Assembly: GCA_964016885.1 (NCBI GenBank)
Contig: OZ024746.1
Coordinates: 74,462,001 to 74,526,000, forward strand
Direction: 5' to 3'
DNA from: Eledone cirrhosa
Lineage: Eukaryota
Length of the DNA: 64,000 nt
Under the pieces are notes generated by a model. It made no database searches, had not been told where the DNA came from, and saw nothing but the letters and a program-made list of their open reading frames with translations. Positions 41,315-58,015 of the stretch are shown here, one piece after another. The number at the start of each line of letters is the position of its first letter. The stretch's first letter is position 1. The position numbers and the translations under genes were made by a program.

Positions 41315-41762
41315 TAAATTATGTCCTTAGAATTATTAGATAAAATATATACCATTTCTTCTCCCAATTAGCATAATTAACCATAAAAAAATCAATTAGA
41401 CCAGGCTATAAGAATAAAGGCTCCTATGAAGAAATATTTGATAAATAACCGAAAGCGGCCTCTTCGAGGTGACCCCAATAGCGTATTTACCCAACATTTC
41501 AACACCATGTAGAAACTGACTAAATATACCGTCAACCATACACAATTAGGTGTAAATTTAAACTTAGAAGAAACGTGTACATACCGTAATTACATCTCTA
41601 CCATGGTTTCGTCCGTATTTTTAGATATCCTACTGTTAAGGATGAACCTAGAGTAACAGACTCTTCAGGAGACAAACTCAGTTGGACAGTTAATTTTCCA
41701 AAGAGATCGCGCCAAAAATAGATTTTAAAATGGCTAAGAATCGTGACGTGGCAGTGGTCAAG

Positions 41763-41821
<59 letters not shown>

Positions 41822-42165
41822 GTTATACATTCATACACTATTACACATACCTACATATAAATATGCGCGAAAGACGAACACATACACAAACAAATAGACA
41901 TTCATACTCAGATTCTTGCTTACATATACAGAGAAACACAGAAATACGCACACAGGCTTTTGTACACAGTTACAAACTCGGACATATATGCACATCTCCA
42001 CAGGCCTACACACTGAAACAGCATCAGTAGAGAGTCCTTTACACATACACAGACAAACTAACTTGCACGCAGATGCACACAAACGCGTGCGCGCTCGTGC
42101 ACTCATTCAGACTATTGATTGCATACACAACCACACGCTAACAGGTATGCATAGAAAGAGAGCAT

Positions 42166-42256
42166 GGTAGAGAGAGCGAGAGAGATAGAGAGATAGAGAG
42201 AAGTAGGGGGGGGGGCAGGTGAGCTAGTGAAAGAGCTAGAGAGAGAGAGAGAGAGA

Positions 42257-42307
<51 letters not shown>

Positions 42308-42332
42308 AGAGAGAGAGAGAGAGAGTGTGATG

Positions 42333-42382
<50 letters not shown>

Positions 42383-42545
42383 AAGATGGCGAGAGAGAGA
42401 GAGAGAAAGAGAGGGCGATAGTGTGAGAGAGAGATTGCGAAAGAGAGAGTGAACGATGGCACGAGAGTGAGATGGCGAGAGAGATGGTGTGAGAGAGTGA
42501 CAGAGAGAGATTGTGAGATGGAGAGAGAGAGTGACAGAGAGAGAA
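42166..42545. repeat. (GA)n-rich low-complexity tract
   Basis: GA runs with recurring gatggc interruptions. Confidence 0.9.
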
Positions 42546-43006
42546 GTAAATAGTCTGACAAACCGTTTATAAACAGGCGCTGACACAAGATACAGACACA
42601 CATATATCAAAAATGTAGAAATACGCAGTCACACACAGCGACATTAATTAATGCACACTTACACACATACACACATACACATGTAACATAGAAACACACT
42701 AATAAAGGATCTCACTGTCTCATTTACACATCTACATACGTTCACACAGAAGCTCATAAATAAATACTTACAAAGAGAGAGCGAGTTGTATGTACACTTG
42801 TACACACATCCACACGCATACAAATAATCACACCAAAAAAGTCATGTACACATCCGCACCATATACACGTAGGCACCACATAAATTAGCAAAGAGCAACC
42901 TAACATACAGTTCATAGACGCACAGTCAAACACAAGACAAACACACGCAAAAAATACACAACCAAAGCCAAAATCTAACACAATTACACACACACACTCT
43001 CTCTCT

Positions 43007-43052
<46 letters not shown>

Positions 43053-43366
43053 TACACACACAAACACTCATACACATTCATAAAATTCAGCAGATGTTAT
43101 CATGTAAAGAACTGGCGGACACAATAGTTGTCACCATAGGACATTATTTGGCGGACTGATTAAAGAGATTAGTTAGAATATGACTGCAAGATAATTCTTC
43201 CTGATTTCCCACGATATTGCTAAGATCAGCTTTAATGAATAAATATTTTCACCTTATTTGTAGAGATCTGTTTGTTGACATTTCAGTCAGTTTATTTACC
43301 ATTATCTTCGTTACTCGCGTTTACCTCTACTATATATATTCATATATATCTCTATATATATATATC

Positions 43367-43454
<88 letters not shown>

Positions 43455-43788
43455 CATATATAAACATATATACAGACATATATATATATATATCCACATA
43501 TATATACGTACACATTTACACACTGATATATATAGATATATATATATACACGTATGTGTATGATTTAACTGATTGCTATGTTCGCGTTTTTGCTTATTTA
43601 CAACGATAATTATTGATGATATTGATAAAAATAATGATAATGATAAAGAATAACGTTGTTGATGCTGGTGGTGATATTTGTTGTTTGAGAAATTGGTTTG
43701 ATGAGAATTATTAATCCGATTGAAAAGCAATAAATATAGCATTTTTTTTCCAACTACTTTATATTGATAATTTTAAGTTATTACACAC

Positions 43789-43857
<69 letters not shown>

Positions 43858-43859
43858 GC

Positions 43860-44045
43860 ATGGTGGCTGCCAACTCGTTTTCGAGTACGGCCACTACTTT
43901 ATATCCATGTAGGAGAACCTCTACCGATGCGCTGAACGAGTGTGACTTTTTAGTCCAGCCAGCGACTTGAAAACTCTGGTACAAACACTACACTTGTGAC
44001 AATTATTGACACATAGTGCTGGGCCCATGGTACCATGTGACGACA
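43860..44045 (+). repeat. Partial family E copy
   Basis: tggtggctgccaactcgttttcgagtacggcc... near-identical to 40378 and 40768. Confidence 0.85.
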
Positions 44046-44435
44046 TTTTTAAAGGTTTATTATAACATTCTGTGGCTCTTTTGAGCTTGCGCATTTTTCA
44101 GGTCTAGTTTAATATTTTTTTAAGGCAACGTTTGTAATAACTCTAGTTAAAAATGATATATATTAATAATAAATTATCGTTGTAATGTAATTAGATTATA
44201 TAATTGTTATTTTATAAATGATCTTATAAATACAAAACTTGTTTGGCAGGGATCACTACGGCCAGCGAAACCCCTTCAATTTTTTTATTCACAAGCTACG
44301 CATATATGTCAGACACGCAGACTTAAAACATTCTGTTGTTAGTCACTGCGTGTCTAACAGATATGTATATAAATACATACACACATACAAATATACATAA
44401 ACGTCGTGTATATATATATATATATATATATATAT

Positions 44436-44706
44436 GGGGAGGCACGTGGACTAGTGATAAGGGCGTTGGACTTCTCGTGGGTTCAAACCTGGGTTGCGTG
44501 TTGTATGCTTGAGTAAAACACTTCATTTCACGTTGCTCCAGTATACTTAGCTGAAAATGAGTACCAGCAATAGCTGGGGGTGTAAGCCTGCGATGGACTG
44601 GCATCCTGTCCAGTGGTGGGGGATGGGCTTGTACTCTCAATCGCTTCACGCCATTAAACCGTGATAAGCACTGGCCAAATGAGCCCTCTGGCTTAAGACA
44701 GACTTT

Positions 44707-44713
<7 letters not shown>
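44436..44713 (+). mobile_element. tRNA-derived CORE-like SINE (family B), near full length
   Basis: A box tggactagtgataa, B box ggttcaaacc, CORE-like tgttgtatgcttgagtaaaacactt, cctgcgatggactggcatcctgtccag, tail agacttt x2. Confidence 0.8.
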
Positions 44714-44766
<53 letters not shown>

Positions 44767-44994
44767 TCGTTTATATACACATTCATACATGTATACATAC
44801 ACATACACATATATTTTAATTTCAAATAAAATGACTTCTAGAACTAGAACTGTTTGATTCGTTTGAAATAAGGATTTCAAATGAATAAAACAATTCCACC
44901 ATTTTAAATGATAATTCTTTATGAAATAAATGATTCACTTCTCTACGAATGTATCGAGTATATTATCTGTAGTTCTCTTCGATGCCTTCTTGCT

Positions 44995-45358
<364 letters not shown>

Positions 45359-45494
45359 TCATTTTATGTCCGTTCTTACCTGCTTGCAAGGGTGGGACAA
45401 TATATATTTATATATATATACTTAGTTATATATATGTACTGAAGTAGAGTTCCAATATTCCTTATTACACTAAGTGACATATACGCTATACATG

Positions 45495-45526
<32 letters not shown>

Positions 45527-45533
45527 CAGTATA

Positions 45534-45652
45534 TATGAAAAATTCGGGACTCCGACGGTTGAGCTCCGGCCGTTTCAACAGCTCGCCTACTACCCCATGT
45601 ATCGAGTACTCTGGTCAGTAATTGTCTAACTGGTTTTACGCCTCCATTCTGA
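45534..45652 (-). repeat. Family C repeat
   Basis: Reverse reads accagagtactcgatacatggggtagtag..gaaacggccggagctcaaccg..cccgaatttttcata. Confidence 0.7.
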
Positions 45653-45658
45653 TATATA

Positions 45659-45701
<43 letters not shown>

Positions 45702-45723
45702 ATATATATATATATATGTATAA

Positions 45724-45801
45724 TATAGATGGGATTCTACAGGATTAGAACTGTTTGATTCTTTAGAAATCATCAGTTCTAGTCCTTTAGAATCTCATCT
45801 A
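45724..45801. repeat. Imperfect hairpin between TA tracts
   Basis: atagatgggattctacaggattagaactg / cagttctagtcctttagaatctcatctat. Confidence 0.75.
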
Positions 45802-45845
45802 TATTAAAACTTTTATACTCTGCTATGTATTCAACCCGAAATAAC

Positions 45846-45895
<50 letters not shown>

Positions 45896-46199
45896 TACAG
45901 TTTCCTTTACTAAATTTAACTAGGTGTTGGTCAAAATCAGGTTACATAGAAATTACCTATGCAATGTGCCTCACAGTAGGACTGAACCCAGAATATCGAC
46001 TTTACAAAACGAACCATTTAGCCCCACACTCATTCTTTTAAACTTAACATTTTTTCCCCTAACGCCTTCATTAATCTTAGTTCATCAAAGGTTTTCATCT
46101 CCTCGTATTACAGGAATCCTTAACATATCTGTATTTAAAAATAAAAAAATAATAAAATAATGAAATTATTGTCAAACGTGCAAGTATAGTACATAGAAC

Positions 46200-46450
46200 A
46201 ATTGTTTCTACTTTTTGTCACAAGGCCAGCAAATACCAGTACATTACTGGTACTTTATTTTATCGACCCCGTAAGGATGAAAGGCAAAGTTAACCTCGGA
46301 GGGATTTGAACTCAGATCATAAAGGGACGTAACTCTATGCTTCAAAGCATGGCGTCCGACCCTCTACCGATACTGCCAATCCACCGCTAGTAGATAAAAT
46401 AATTGTTTCTACTTTTAGCACAAGGCCAGCAAATATCCCAGTGTATTACT
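46200..46450 (-). mobile_element. SINE A full copy plus adjacent truncated tail copy
   Basis: 46200-46386 full reverse match; 46400-46448 tail flanked by ctagtagata(a/g)aataat repeats. Confidence 0.85.
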
Positions 46451-48833
46451 AGTAGATAGAATAATGAACAAATGTCAGGAAAGTGAACAGTGTATGTGTC
46501 ATGATACACATGTGTGCGTGTGTATGGAGGGGGAATATTAGATGTAGTGTTGTTGACTTTCAGGAAGCATGGAGGTTTTAATGGATGCAGTGTCTCGACA
46601 GCTAACAACTGATGCAGATAGTTTGTTCTATGCTTCAGCAACTCTGAGCGTGAAAAAATGTTTCCGAAAGTCATGGGGGCTGTGCTGTTTTCTGACTTTC
46701 TAGGCATGCCCGTGTGTGTTAGACACATGGAAATCAAAACGGTGTACATTTCTTAACAAACCTAACCTGGCAGTTCAACAAAATGAGCTTCATAAGATGA
46801 GCACCAGATTTGAACAAATAAAGTAAATACCGGTCGACTAAAATCCCCAAACCTAATTAAAGTATTTAAGCAGTCTAACGATTGAAACCAGTACAATTAT
46901 AGAGAATATGTGTGTGAGTGTGCGTGTAAATATATATATATGTGTGTGTGGTTATGTTTGTATACTTACATATATATATAATATATATATACACTCAAAT
47001 AGTTATACAGTCATGTCCGCATACTTGGACAGTCCCACGAATCTAGAATGAGCGGAATCTAATTAGTAATAGCGTGTTTTTTATAACTTCAATAAAATAC
47101 ATATTCGACTTATGTAGTGAGTTTTCTTTCTCAGAAAGGTAGCCATTACCAGTAAACTGTGTGTGTACGTTTGTGAGGGAACATAGTACATATATTTTAT
47201 ATATATATAACAGCAACATCACAACTTACAATTAAGGACAACATGAAAACACACACACACATAGAACAAACAACCAACCAATAACATGTAAATAAACAAA
47301 TATAAACACACACAGACACCCGGATGTAACACATGCGCAAACTAAGCACACAGCACACACAAAAACAAGATGGCGTAGGAGAGAACAAAGGAGAGGCACA
47401 AAAACAAAGAAAATAATCCCAGTCACTGAAGAGGTCACAGAATGTGTGACGAAAGAACTTTGACAATGTATGAACAATCATCTGGTTGTGGAACCAACCA
47501 ACCGGAAATTTATAAATTCCTAAATTTATAAATTTAATTTATAATAAATTGAAGTGAAAGCAACTGGTGCGTGTGTTTCTTATTGGCAACATGACCCTCC
47601 CAAAGTATAACAAATATATATATATATATATATATATAAATTTCTTTTTTTCCTGAACAGTGTATGTATGGATGTATGAATGTATGTATATATGGATGGA
47701 TATACTTATATTTGTCAGGTTGGTGGTGGAGAGCTGGCAAGTGTGTAAATTCTTTTCGTGAAATAAAATATGTAGCTAGTTACATTATCTTCCTGGCGTG
47801 GGATCTTGCAGTATTGGTCTACTATCCGACAGAACGGCTACCCCTAAAAGATTAGAAGATGATCATAAATTATTATTATATCGTCAAACAAAGATAAAAA
47901 CACTGGTCAATATTTTATCTACAGTTCTGATAAGGCTGCGAGGGGAAAGACCACTCAATCTTGGTATGTCTGTGCTTATAATAAACATGGTGGCAATATG
48001 TAGGACAAGTTAGACAGCGAGAGAAAGATAGAGAAAAAGTGAGAGAGAAAAAGTAGGAGAGATAGGATGATACTAGATAATAGAGGGGGGGGGGGAGAAA
48101 GTGTGAAAGCAAGAGATCTGCTGAACGGACAGGAGCATGGGTTGGTATGGGCGGGATAGTTAGGTAGTTTGGAAAACGATTGATAACAGGCCATCTAAAC
48201 GTAGAATCAGAATAAACAAAATCGTTTCACTTCCCTATACATAGGAGTTTAAGTGATCTGCTGACTCATGATAAATAGCGGTTGTAAGGCTTATAAATAA
48301 ACGATGATATGTTTAATAACTAATGTTTCCCTTTGAAGTTACTACATAAATACATCACGATGAAACCTGACCATGGATTCAGTTAATAGTCGTGAAAGGA
48401 ATAGATGCAATAAGGTTTGAGGAAATGTGTATTACGATTGTTGTTGTATATGTCGGATTTATTATTATGATTATTATTATGATTATTATAAAAATAAGAT
48501 AGAATAATGTTTCATAATGGAAACACTCATTGTTATAAAATATAGTTGCAGGGACAATATCATAAGTAGCAGTCAAGTATGGGAGTAGAGTGAATCCTCT
48601 GTACTCCTCCACGCAGATTTACCGCCTTGTGCCTATATAAGAAAGTGCTCTTCATATTATTTAGTTATGGTTTCAGGTTAAATCCCATGAATGTCGCTTT
48701 TCCTTCACCTTCCCCTGCTCTCCGTAAACTAGTCACAGCCAAGAACTGCGATGGTTTCCTCTGCTCCAAGCAGATGCTTCAAATATAAAGCCTTGTAACC
48801 GTGAATATTTCAAATTATTTTACTCGAAATAAG

Positions 48834-49030
48834 GGTGGTGGATGTGCAATATCGATAGAGCTTTGGACAATATGCTTTGCGTCACAGAGTTACGGCCCTT
48901 TACATTCTGAGTTCAAATCCCGTAGAGGATAGTTTTACCTTTCATCCTTACAGGGTCGATAAAATAGCGCACTGGGATCGATTTAATTCTCTTTCCACCC
49001 CACCCTCCAGAAAGTCTTGGCATTATGCAG
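48834..49030 (+). mobile_element. Diverged SINE family A
   Basis: ggtggtggatgtgcaatatcgataga..ctgagttcaaatccc..ctttcatccttacagggtcgataaaata. Confidence 0.7.
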
Positions 49031-49700
49031 TTTTCAACTACCCCTTATGTCTGGATGTGGGGGTGGTTCATAAAATATATATCAATATATACAAATTTAT
49101 GCAAAGGGAAAAACTATATTTTTGACGTGTATGTAATACAAACTCGTACAAATGCTTTATTTTATTATATATTTAATTTAATACGCTAACATTGTACTAT
49201 TTCCCGTAAAAAAAAAAAAAATAGATGTTCAACCATATGAGATTAAGGAGAAACGGGATACAATCAACTTCCGAAGTGGTTGGATACGTTAAGTAAAAAT
49301 ATGGTCGTAAGAGTCGAGCGAATCCATTCTGGAGATTCGAACCGGTAAAGATATGAATTAAGTAGATTCAATATAAGCTCTCACATACCCTGTCTTATTT
49401 AAAAAAAGGTAACTCCAGCTGACATGACGTATGTTTGTGTGTATGTATATATATATATATATTCGATACTACACTAGCTGGCAGAAGGCAATATATTTTG
49501 CTGTTCGTGGGACTTTACGTCCTATGTAGGGAAAATGCTTTCTGAAGAACCGAACATTTCCATTGGAAGTCCCTCGGATTTCCAATATTTTGTGAGGTGA
49601 GACCGTCGGTAAAAGCAAAAGAAATAGGTAAATATTTAAATTATATTTTTTTAATTTATTTAAAAAAATTGTTTGAATCTTGCTTGCTCCGCTTATCTCA

Positions 49701-49808
<108 letters not shown>

Positions 49809-52800
49809 TCATATGGATCGAGAGAGAGAGAGAGATTGAAAAAATTCTGCGGTTTTGAGACCCCATTCCTTTCAGTAAAGTAATAATTGGTTCATATATT
49901 CATGCATTATGTAAAACCTAAAACACACCAGTATACGTGTGTGTATGCAGTATCCATACACATAATACATAAACTTTATCACTGGTTACCAACCCATATT
50001 TAGTATTCTTAAACCCTTATATTTTATCTGATCTTATTTGATCCTATTTAATTTATTTAACAAATTGCTCCTTCTCTTCTTTATAACCCATTTTTTATTG
50101 TTAATCCTATTCTTTACAAAAAATTCTCTCAGCTTCTAAGCCCTGTCTAAAAATAGCCTTACCCCTCATCCCCTATTCCTATGGCCATTCTGCCCCTTCT
50201 CCTTCCACTCCACTCATACCCACTAACCTTCCCAATCTTCAATCTACTACAAATATTACTACACCCTCGTAAAGGCTTGCTGAAACCGCTTGGTACCGCT
50301 GTCAGTATGTGACACACACACACTTTAGTTTACACATAACTTTTTATTCTAAAAATAATCTTTTCGCCTCTATTAATATTAAGGGCAGAATCCCTCGCTT
50401 AAGGCTGGTGAGCGGGGTTCTTCTCTGAATACATTCTACTGTCCAGCTCTCCTGCAATTTTCTTACCGCCGGTTTAAGTTATTTGTTTCTGAATTGAGAT
50501 ATTCGGTCATGTGTTAGGTAAATATTTGATATGTTGTTTAATAGATTCTGAAGTAATTAATATAGCAGAAATATATTTTCCTGTTGTATTGATTGACTCG
50601 TTCGTAAATCAATTAAATAATTTAATGGAATTTAATCCTGGTTATTTTTATTCATATACATTGTTTCACATTTAATTTGATCACACATGAAATGTAATTA
50701 TTAATTATGGAATATAATTTTAACTATCAACGAATATTTGAAGAGAGATAATAGATAGAATTAAAATTATACGGATGATTACGTTCTTTACAGTGTACAT
50801 TTACAAAAAGTTTTTATCTACAATGCGTTCAAGAAAATCTTGACCTTCGAACATCATAAGGTGTCTTTTTTTATTGTTTAGCTAGAAAGAATAGGGCAAT
50901 GTATCTCATTATTTTTCAAGACTTTTCATGGAGGAAGTGGTAGTCTAAGGAAGTTGACCTTAGACCACCTAAGAACATGTCAAGTTGTGTACAGCAGGCT
51001 GCACTTTACACCCAATGCCCAGTTGATGGTGTTCAGCCAGGTGTAATATTAAGTCCTAAATGAGTACGTAATCCGTGACTCTGGTAGTTTATAAGAACGC
51101 TATTAACAGTAAGATTTCTTCTTTGGATACACTCTATGAGTGTATGCAAGTCCAGAAATATCACACGTGATTCCGTTTGGAAAGAAATATTTCGGAAGCT
51201 AGCGTAAATATACACTCTTAAAATGTCATTTCACATTGGTGGTGAAATGGCATTAACAACAATTTCTCTCAAACCTTTATCCATAAACAATAGACAGGCA
51301 TAAACGAGAATCGTGGGTAACATCGGTATTCCTTCTAGTTATTGAACCGAGCCACAAACTGCTGGAATTATGCAGTTAACATGACATTGGATTAACTGCC
51401 GATATAAACAACAACACAAAGAGATTCTTTTCTCGGATTTTCATATTGAAATGCTGCGATTTATGTGATTTCTGCTTTCACTGACAACATATATATACCA
51501 CTTACAGTGATCCCAGCAAACATGAATGTGAATTAAATAAAACGTCGTTTTGTCAACAAGTCATAAACTTGGTGAGTTTTATTTTGTGTAGTTTCCCTTC
51601 ACACATATAACTGATTTTTATTTGAAGTTACCATCAGCCTGATATTATACAATTCCAGTATAATCCAGTACGACGATATTGGACTCGCAATGATCTTAAT
51701 TGAAAATGATTCCAGTTCTTTAGCTTGTTTACACCATTAAGGTCACGGTGAAGCAGTGTCTTCTATCTGTACTATACACATTTTATACTTATGAAATAAG
51801 CCTAATATCTACAGGTTCCCCAAAACGAAAAGTGTAAAAGTTTGCTAAAACATATTTTAAGGTGAGATTTATCTGAAATACTGTCCATGGATTCCCAGAG
51901 ATTTCATCAAGTGTAGAAAATGTAGTTAATTGAGGTACTATTTTGATCGCCTCAAGGAAGATTAGGAATGACATATATGTTTCTGGGTAGCTTTCAGTGT
52001 AATATAATTAGAAAAACACTAACACTGACACACCAGCTAGAAAATCACTACGTAGTTGCTCGGCCTCAAAGAAATAACAACCAAATCTCCTTCAAAGGAC
52101 TCTCTTTTACGTTAAAAATGTATTAAACATTGAACTATGATGTTTTGAATATCAAAAGAGGTGAAATGATCACGTCTGAAATGCCTAGATATAAGGTAAA
52201 CTCTAGTAATTGCTAGGGCCATCTAGTGAAACAGGTAAAGGGGAAGAAAGATTTAGACGATACATAAGCTTCTGTAGAATTGATTCTGGAGAAGCTATAC
52301 TTGCCACCAATCACTGGGCGCTGTTGTTTTTGTTTTATCCCTGATCAGATCAGAGCAAGCAAGCCTACAATCAAAAACAATGCAACAGAGATCATTCCAC
52401 ATTTCTTTTTCATGATCGAAAGATATTATTTGAGGACGATTTGCTGTTAATTCTAGCTGGATGCGTGAGCACAGAGGGTCGCTTAATTGGCTCGTCTACC
52501 AATCGAGTGCATATACCGGAGATCTCCGGTCACCACGATGGAAATACTTCAAACAGGTTCGGAGACTTAAGTAAACACGTTATTTTAGTTGCTATAGTGT
52601 AAATATTTTATTAAAAATGTTAATGTTAATTTCAAGATTATCTATAATCAAAGATTAATTCGAATTGCCTCGGTCTTCTCACTAGATTTTCAGTATTTGT
52701 ATTTTCTAAGTACTTTATTTGATCCAAGCCTAGTTTCTGTGAACTGATGTATGAAAAACAGATATTGATAGTCCAAAGCAAAGTGTGCAGAAATATTTAC

Positions 52801-53295
52801 ATGCAGATCTTCTTTATGCAGAACATTACGTCGTACAACTTTTTCTCCCTCTCTCTCTCTCTTCTATATCCAGCAAACAATAACCGCCAGCATCTGAAGC
52901 TCTATAATAACCGCGTCAATCTCATTTCATAACCTCAAACGTTCTGATTGCAAAATACCTCCCGCGGGTTATGGGCACATTCTTCCATCTTAGACGACAT
53001 GATAATAGATATTACTCCTACTTAGGTTCCCACTGGATATACTAAATATATTCTTTTATTCTGTTATCTTGTGGGGGATGGACAAAGATAACAAAAGGAA
53101 GAGCAAATTAAACATAAATGGAAACAAATAGTTTAGAGATAAAGGATAGCTTATTCTGAGCAAACTTAAACCTGGGAAATGATTTGAATAAAAGTATGTG
53201 TCAGAACTCAGTGTAATCTTTCAAAAGGACTAAATCCCGACACGCAATCATACACCCGAACTTACCCCAAACATACACATTCATTTAAGTACTTT

Positions 53296-54545
<1,250 letters not shown>

Positions 54546-55111
54546 TGAAAACAGAGATATTATGCCAATATTCACTGGACATTATATTTGAATAGACCAA
54601 CTTAAGCAAACAAAATTAGCCAAAAAAGAAAAAGAAAAATATAGAAATAAATAAAAAGGAAATGGACAATGAATGAACACAGAAAATAAAAAGAACAACA
54701 AAGATTGAATGAAGGACGGAAGCGAAAGAGAAGAAAGAAAAATACAGGGGAATAACTGAGTCAATAATAAATACAATAAAGATAAGGCCAGTTTGGTGTC
54801 GGAGCGTAAAGATTATTGAAAGCAATGATTGTGGAAAGAAAGATGGAGATACGAGGCGGGAAAATGAAACAATGGGTCTGGCTAGGCGGGAAGAGAGAAT
54901 ACACAAAACATACATAGATATAAGCAATGATATTTACGAACGCCTCCTCTTGGACAACACAAGTGTTTGATGGATAGATTCACGTTACAACATTAGTTGA
55001 GGATTAAGCTAACGGTGGTGTGTGTTTTGTGTGTGAATACAGTTCATTGTGCTGTGTATATGTATATATACGTGTGTGGCGAAATACAGTGTACAGTATG
55101 GTCATAATTTG

Positions 55112-55173
<62 letters not shown>

Positions 55174-56079
55174 AATGTACACAAACAAATACACACACAC
55201 ACGTGAATGTGTGTTTATATTGGTCATTCTGACTTATCTAATGATCATATATATATATATATAATATATATTAATATATATATTTATATAGTATACATAT
55301 ATAGAGTTATATACACACATATATATATGTGTGTGTGTGTCTGTGTGTGTGTGTGTATGTGTGTGTGTGTGTGTGTGTGTGCGAGCGGGTGTATGTATGA
55401 GAATGCGTGATCGTAGTAATCGTAGCGAGTCATTATCAACCATCTGAAATGCTAATTTTTGGTTTGTAATCTGTGAATATGGCGAAGGTTAACTGTTGAT
55501 TCGCTTTGCAAATCTATTTCGAGTATATCTCTTGTTTGTCGCTCTTTAAGCCCTCTTTGGCGTACTTTTGCGTACTTTGGTCGCCATCGCCACATCATCT
55601 CTTCTTTCCTTCATAGTTTCCATCTCTGTTTTCCTTTTCTCTCATCTATCTCGGTTTATATGATATTTCTCTCTCTATCGATATCATTCTCTCTCAACCT
55701 CTTTCTCTCATTCACACACACATTTTCTATATATTTCGCCTTCTTTCTATCATTCTCTCCTTCTTACATGTATGCTTGTCTTCTTCTTCCCCTTTTTTCC
55801 TTCTCTCACACTCCCTCTACTCTTCTCCACCTGCTATTCCTCCTAGTCTTTACTCGTTATTGCAGATATCAACGATTTATCGCTTATGTTATGTTACACA
55901 CAAACACACATAAAAACCTACCCTTAGTCAACCACACACACACACACACACACACACAGTTATACCACATCGTACACACATTTTCAGACAAGGACAACAC
56001 ACATATTTACACACAAACACATAGTCAGTGAAAAGAGTTATTACTGATTATCTTCATACTGTGTGTGTGACTGGACACT

Positions 56080-57760
56080 GCATAGTGGTTAGCTAGTGAG
56101 GAGGTGGGGGTATGATCACTGTGTTGTGGTAGTGGTAGGAGTAGGCTCCTGGTGTGGATATTGTGGTGGGAGTTTGGGTAGAATAATCATGATTTGGCGT
56201 TATGGTTATTGCAGTGGTGATGGGGATAGTGTTGTGTTTTGGTGGTTGTGGTGGTGTTAGAATCGTTTGAGTTTTATGGTGGGAATATAGTGGTGATGGT
56301 GGTTGTAAGGCCATGGTATAATGGTGTGTGTTAGTGTTTGTGGCAGAATGGTCTTGGTATGGTTTTGTTATATCGTGGTAGTGAAGTTGTTGGTAGTATT
56401 TCCTCGGTATGGTGATGTGGTTGAGTGGTGGGTGTTATATCGGTGGTGGTTTCATAGTCAGGGCATGGTGATGTGCTGTTGTGAAGGCGGCTTGGTGTGG
56501 TGACAAGGTGTTACTTTGCTGTTAGTGGTGTTATGTTGTGGTGCTGTGTGTGTTAGTGGCACTTGATAACTCGCCAGTGATAATGCATTTGTTTAGCCCC
56601 AACTCAGCTCTGATAGAACAGTCCTATGATCGAAGATATTCCAATCATGTCACTCGTGTCTTTTACCTAAGCACAGGATCAACTTTTCCTACATGTCCTA
56701 TTTAAGACTGTGTAGCTTAATAGTGGCTTAGATGCCGGTGCTGTTGCTTAGCATATTTCTGCCCTGATCGTGAAGACCATTGTGTGATAAAAGGTATAAC
56801 TGTCCCCTTTTTTAGTGTACAGGGTGGCATTTTCTGACATGTCCAATTTTAAGACGGTAGGAAATAGTTTGAGGAAGACTTGATTGTTATTTCTAGGAGA
56901 TCGTGTGACCATCCATACAGAAGATTCCTCGTTGGTGGCCAGTGTGCTGGCAGTGGTCATAAATAGTGGTTGATATGGTGGCATGAGTACATGAATAGAT
57001 AGTAGTAGCTAGTGGTATAGTGATATGATGGTCAGGTGTTTTAGTTAGGAGGTCGAGTGGTCGCTCTAGAATGGTGGTGTAGATGTATAGATAGTGTTAG
57101 GTGATAATGTTGTGGTGTAGGCTGTGTTGCTTCGTGATGAGGTTGTATAGATGTTTGGATGGGGTTGTTTGGTACAATAGTCAGTGATATGATGGTATGG
57201 ACATTGATAGTACGGTAGTACGACGGTGGTGTAGATAGGAGCAATTGGAGAATAGTTGTGGTGTTGGTAGTTTGAGTATATGGTCGTATAGAGTTGGCTG
57301 GATATGTAATAGCGTGTTTGAGGTGCGGTATTGTTTAGTGGGGGTGATGTGATAATGCTATGAAAGTATGTTGGTAGTAGGGTTGGGGGCTAGTCGTGTA
57401 CTTGGATGTTTTTAACGTGGTAATACAGGGTGATCATGTTATTGTTTAGCCACAGGTCAGCTTACATTATGCATCTATATAATGGAAAGTCGCTTAGACA
57501 TGACTATCGCGGTAATTTGTATTTCACAGACTACATTTCAAACTGTGTTGTTCTTAAGGCAATAGGGTATACAATTTTCAGTGATGTTTTGTCGTTTATA
57601 GCAAGGTGAGTGACTAGTAGTGGCTTTTATGTAGTTGTGGTGACTGATAAAGTGTTGGTAGTGCAAAGGATGTCTACTATTGTTCTGAGGCTGTAGTTGC
57701 TAGTGTGACGGTAACTTGTGGTATCGTAATTATTGTATTTGTGTGGTGGTTGTGGGAGGA
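56080..57760. repeat. Degenerate GTG/TGG-rich low-complexity region
   Basis: Strong G/T strand skew with decayed triplets; interrupted by less biased sequence at ~56570-56930. Confidence 0.55.
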
Positions 57761-58015
57761 GCTGTGCCTTTTTCATGGCTTATGTTAAAGATGGAGAAAA
57801 GGATTGATAATAGCCTGAGATTTTCGCCGACCCTTAGAACAGAACGTGCTCCCCTAACACCAGGTTATAATGTGATGAACATGAATGTAACCTCGGAATT
57901 AAATCTACCACTTACATTGTTCGAGTGACATGAGCTGTTCGTATAATTAGTCTTGATCCAAGACACTAATTATCAAAGGCGTTACATTCGTGTTCATCAC
58001 ATCTTTTAGTTAACA

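Noticed and set aside
41415-41470. atgaaga...GAAA-gcggcc-TC in a TA-bounded segment
   Set aside because: Core and stems too degenerate to call a ribozyme
45745-45782. Minus-strand CTGATGA-tttctaaagaat-CAAA
   Set aside because: Lacks GAAA; the pairing is explained by the surrounding hairpin
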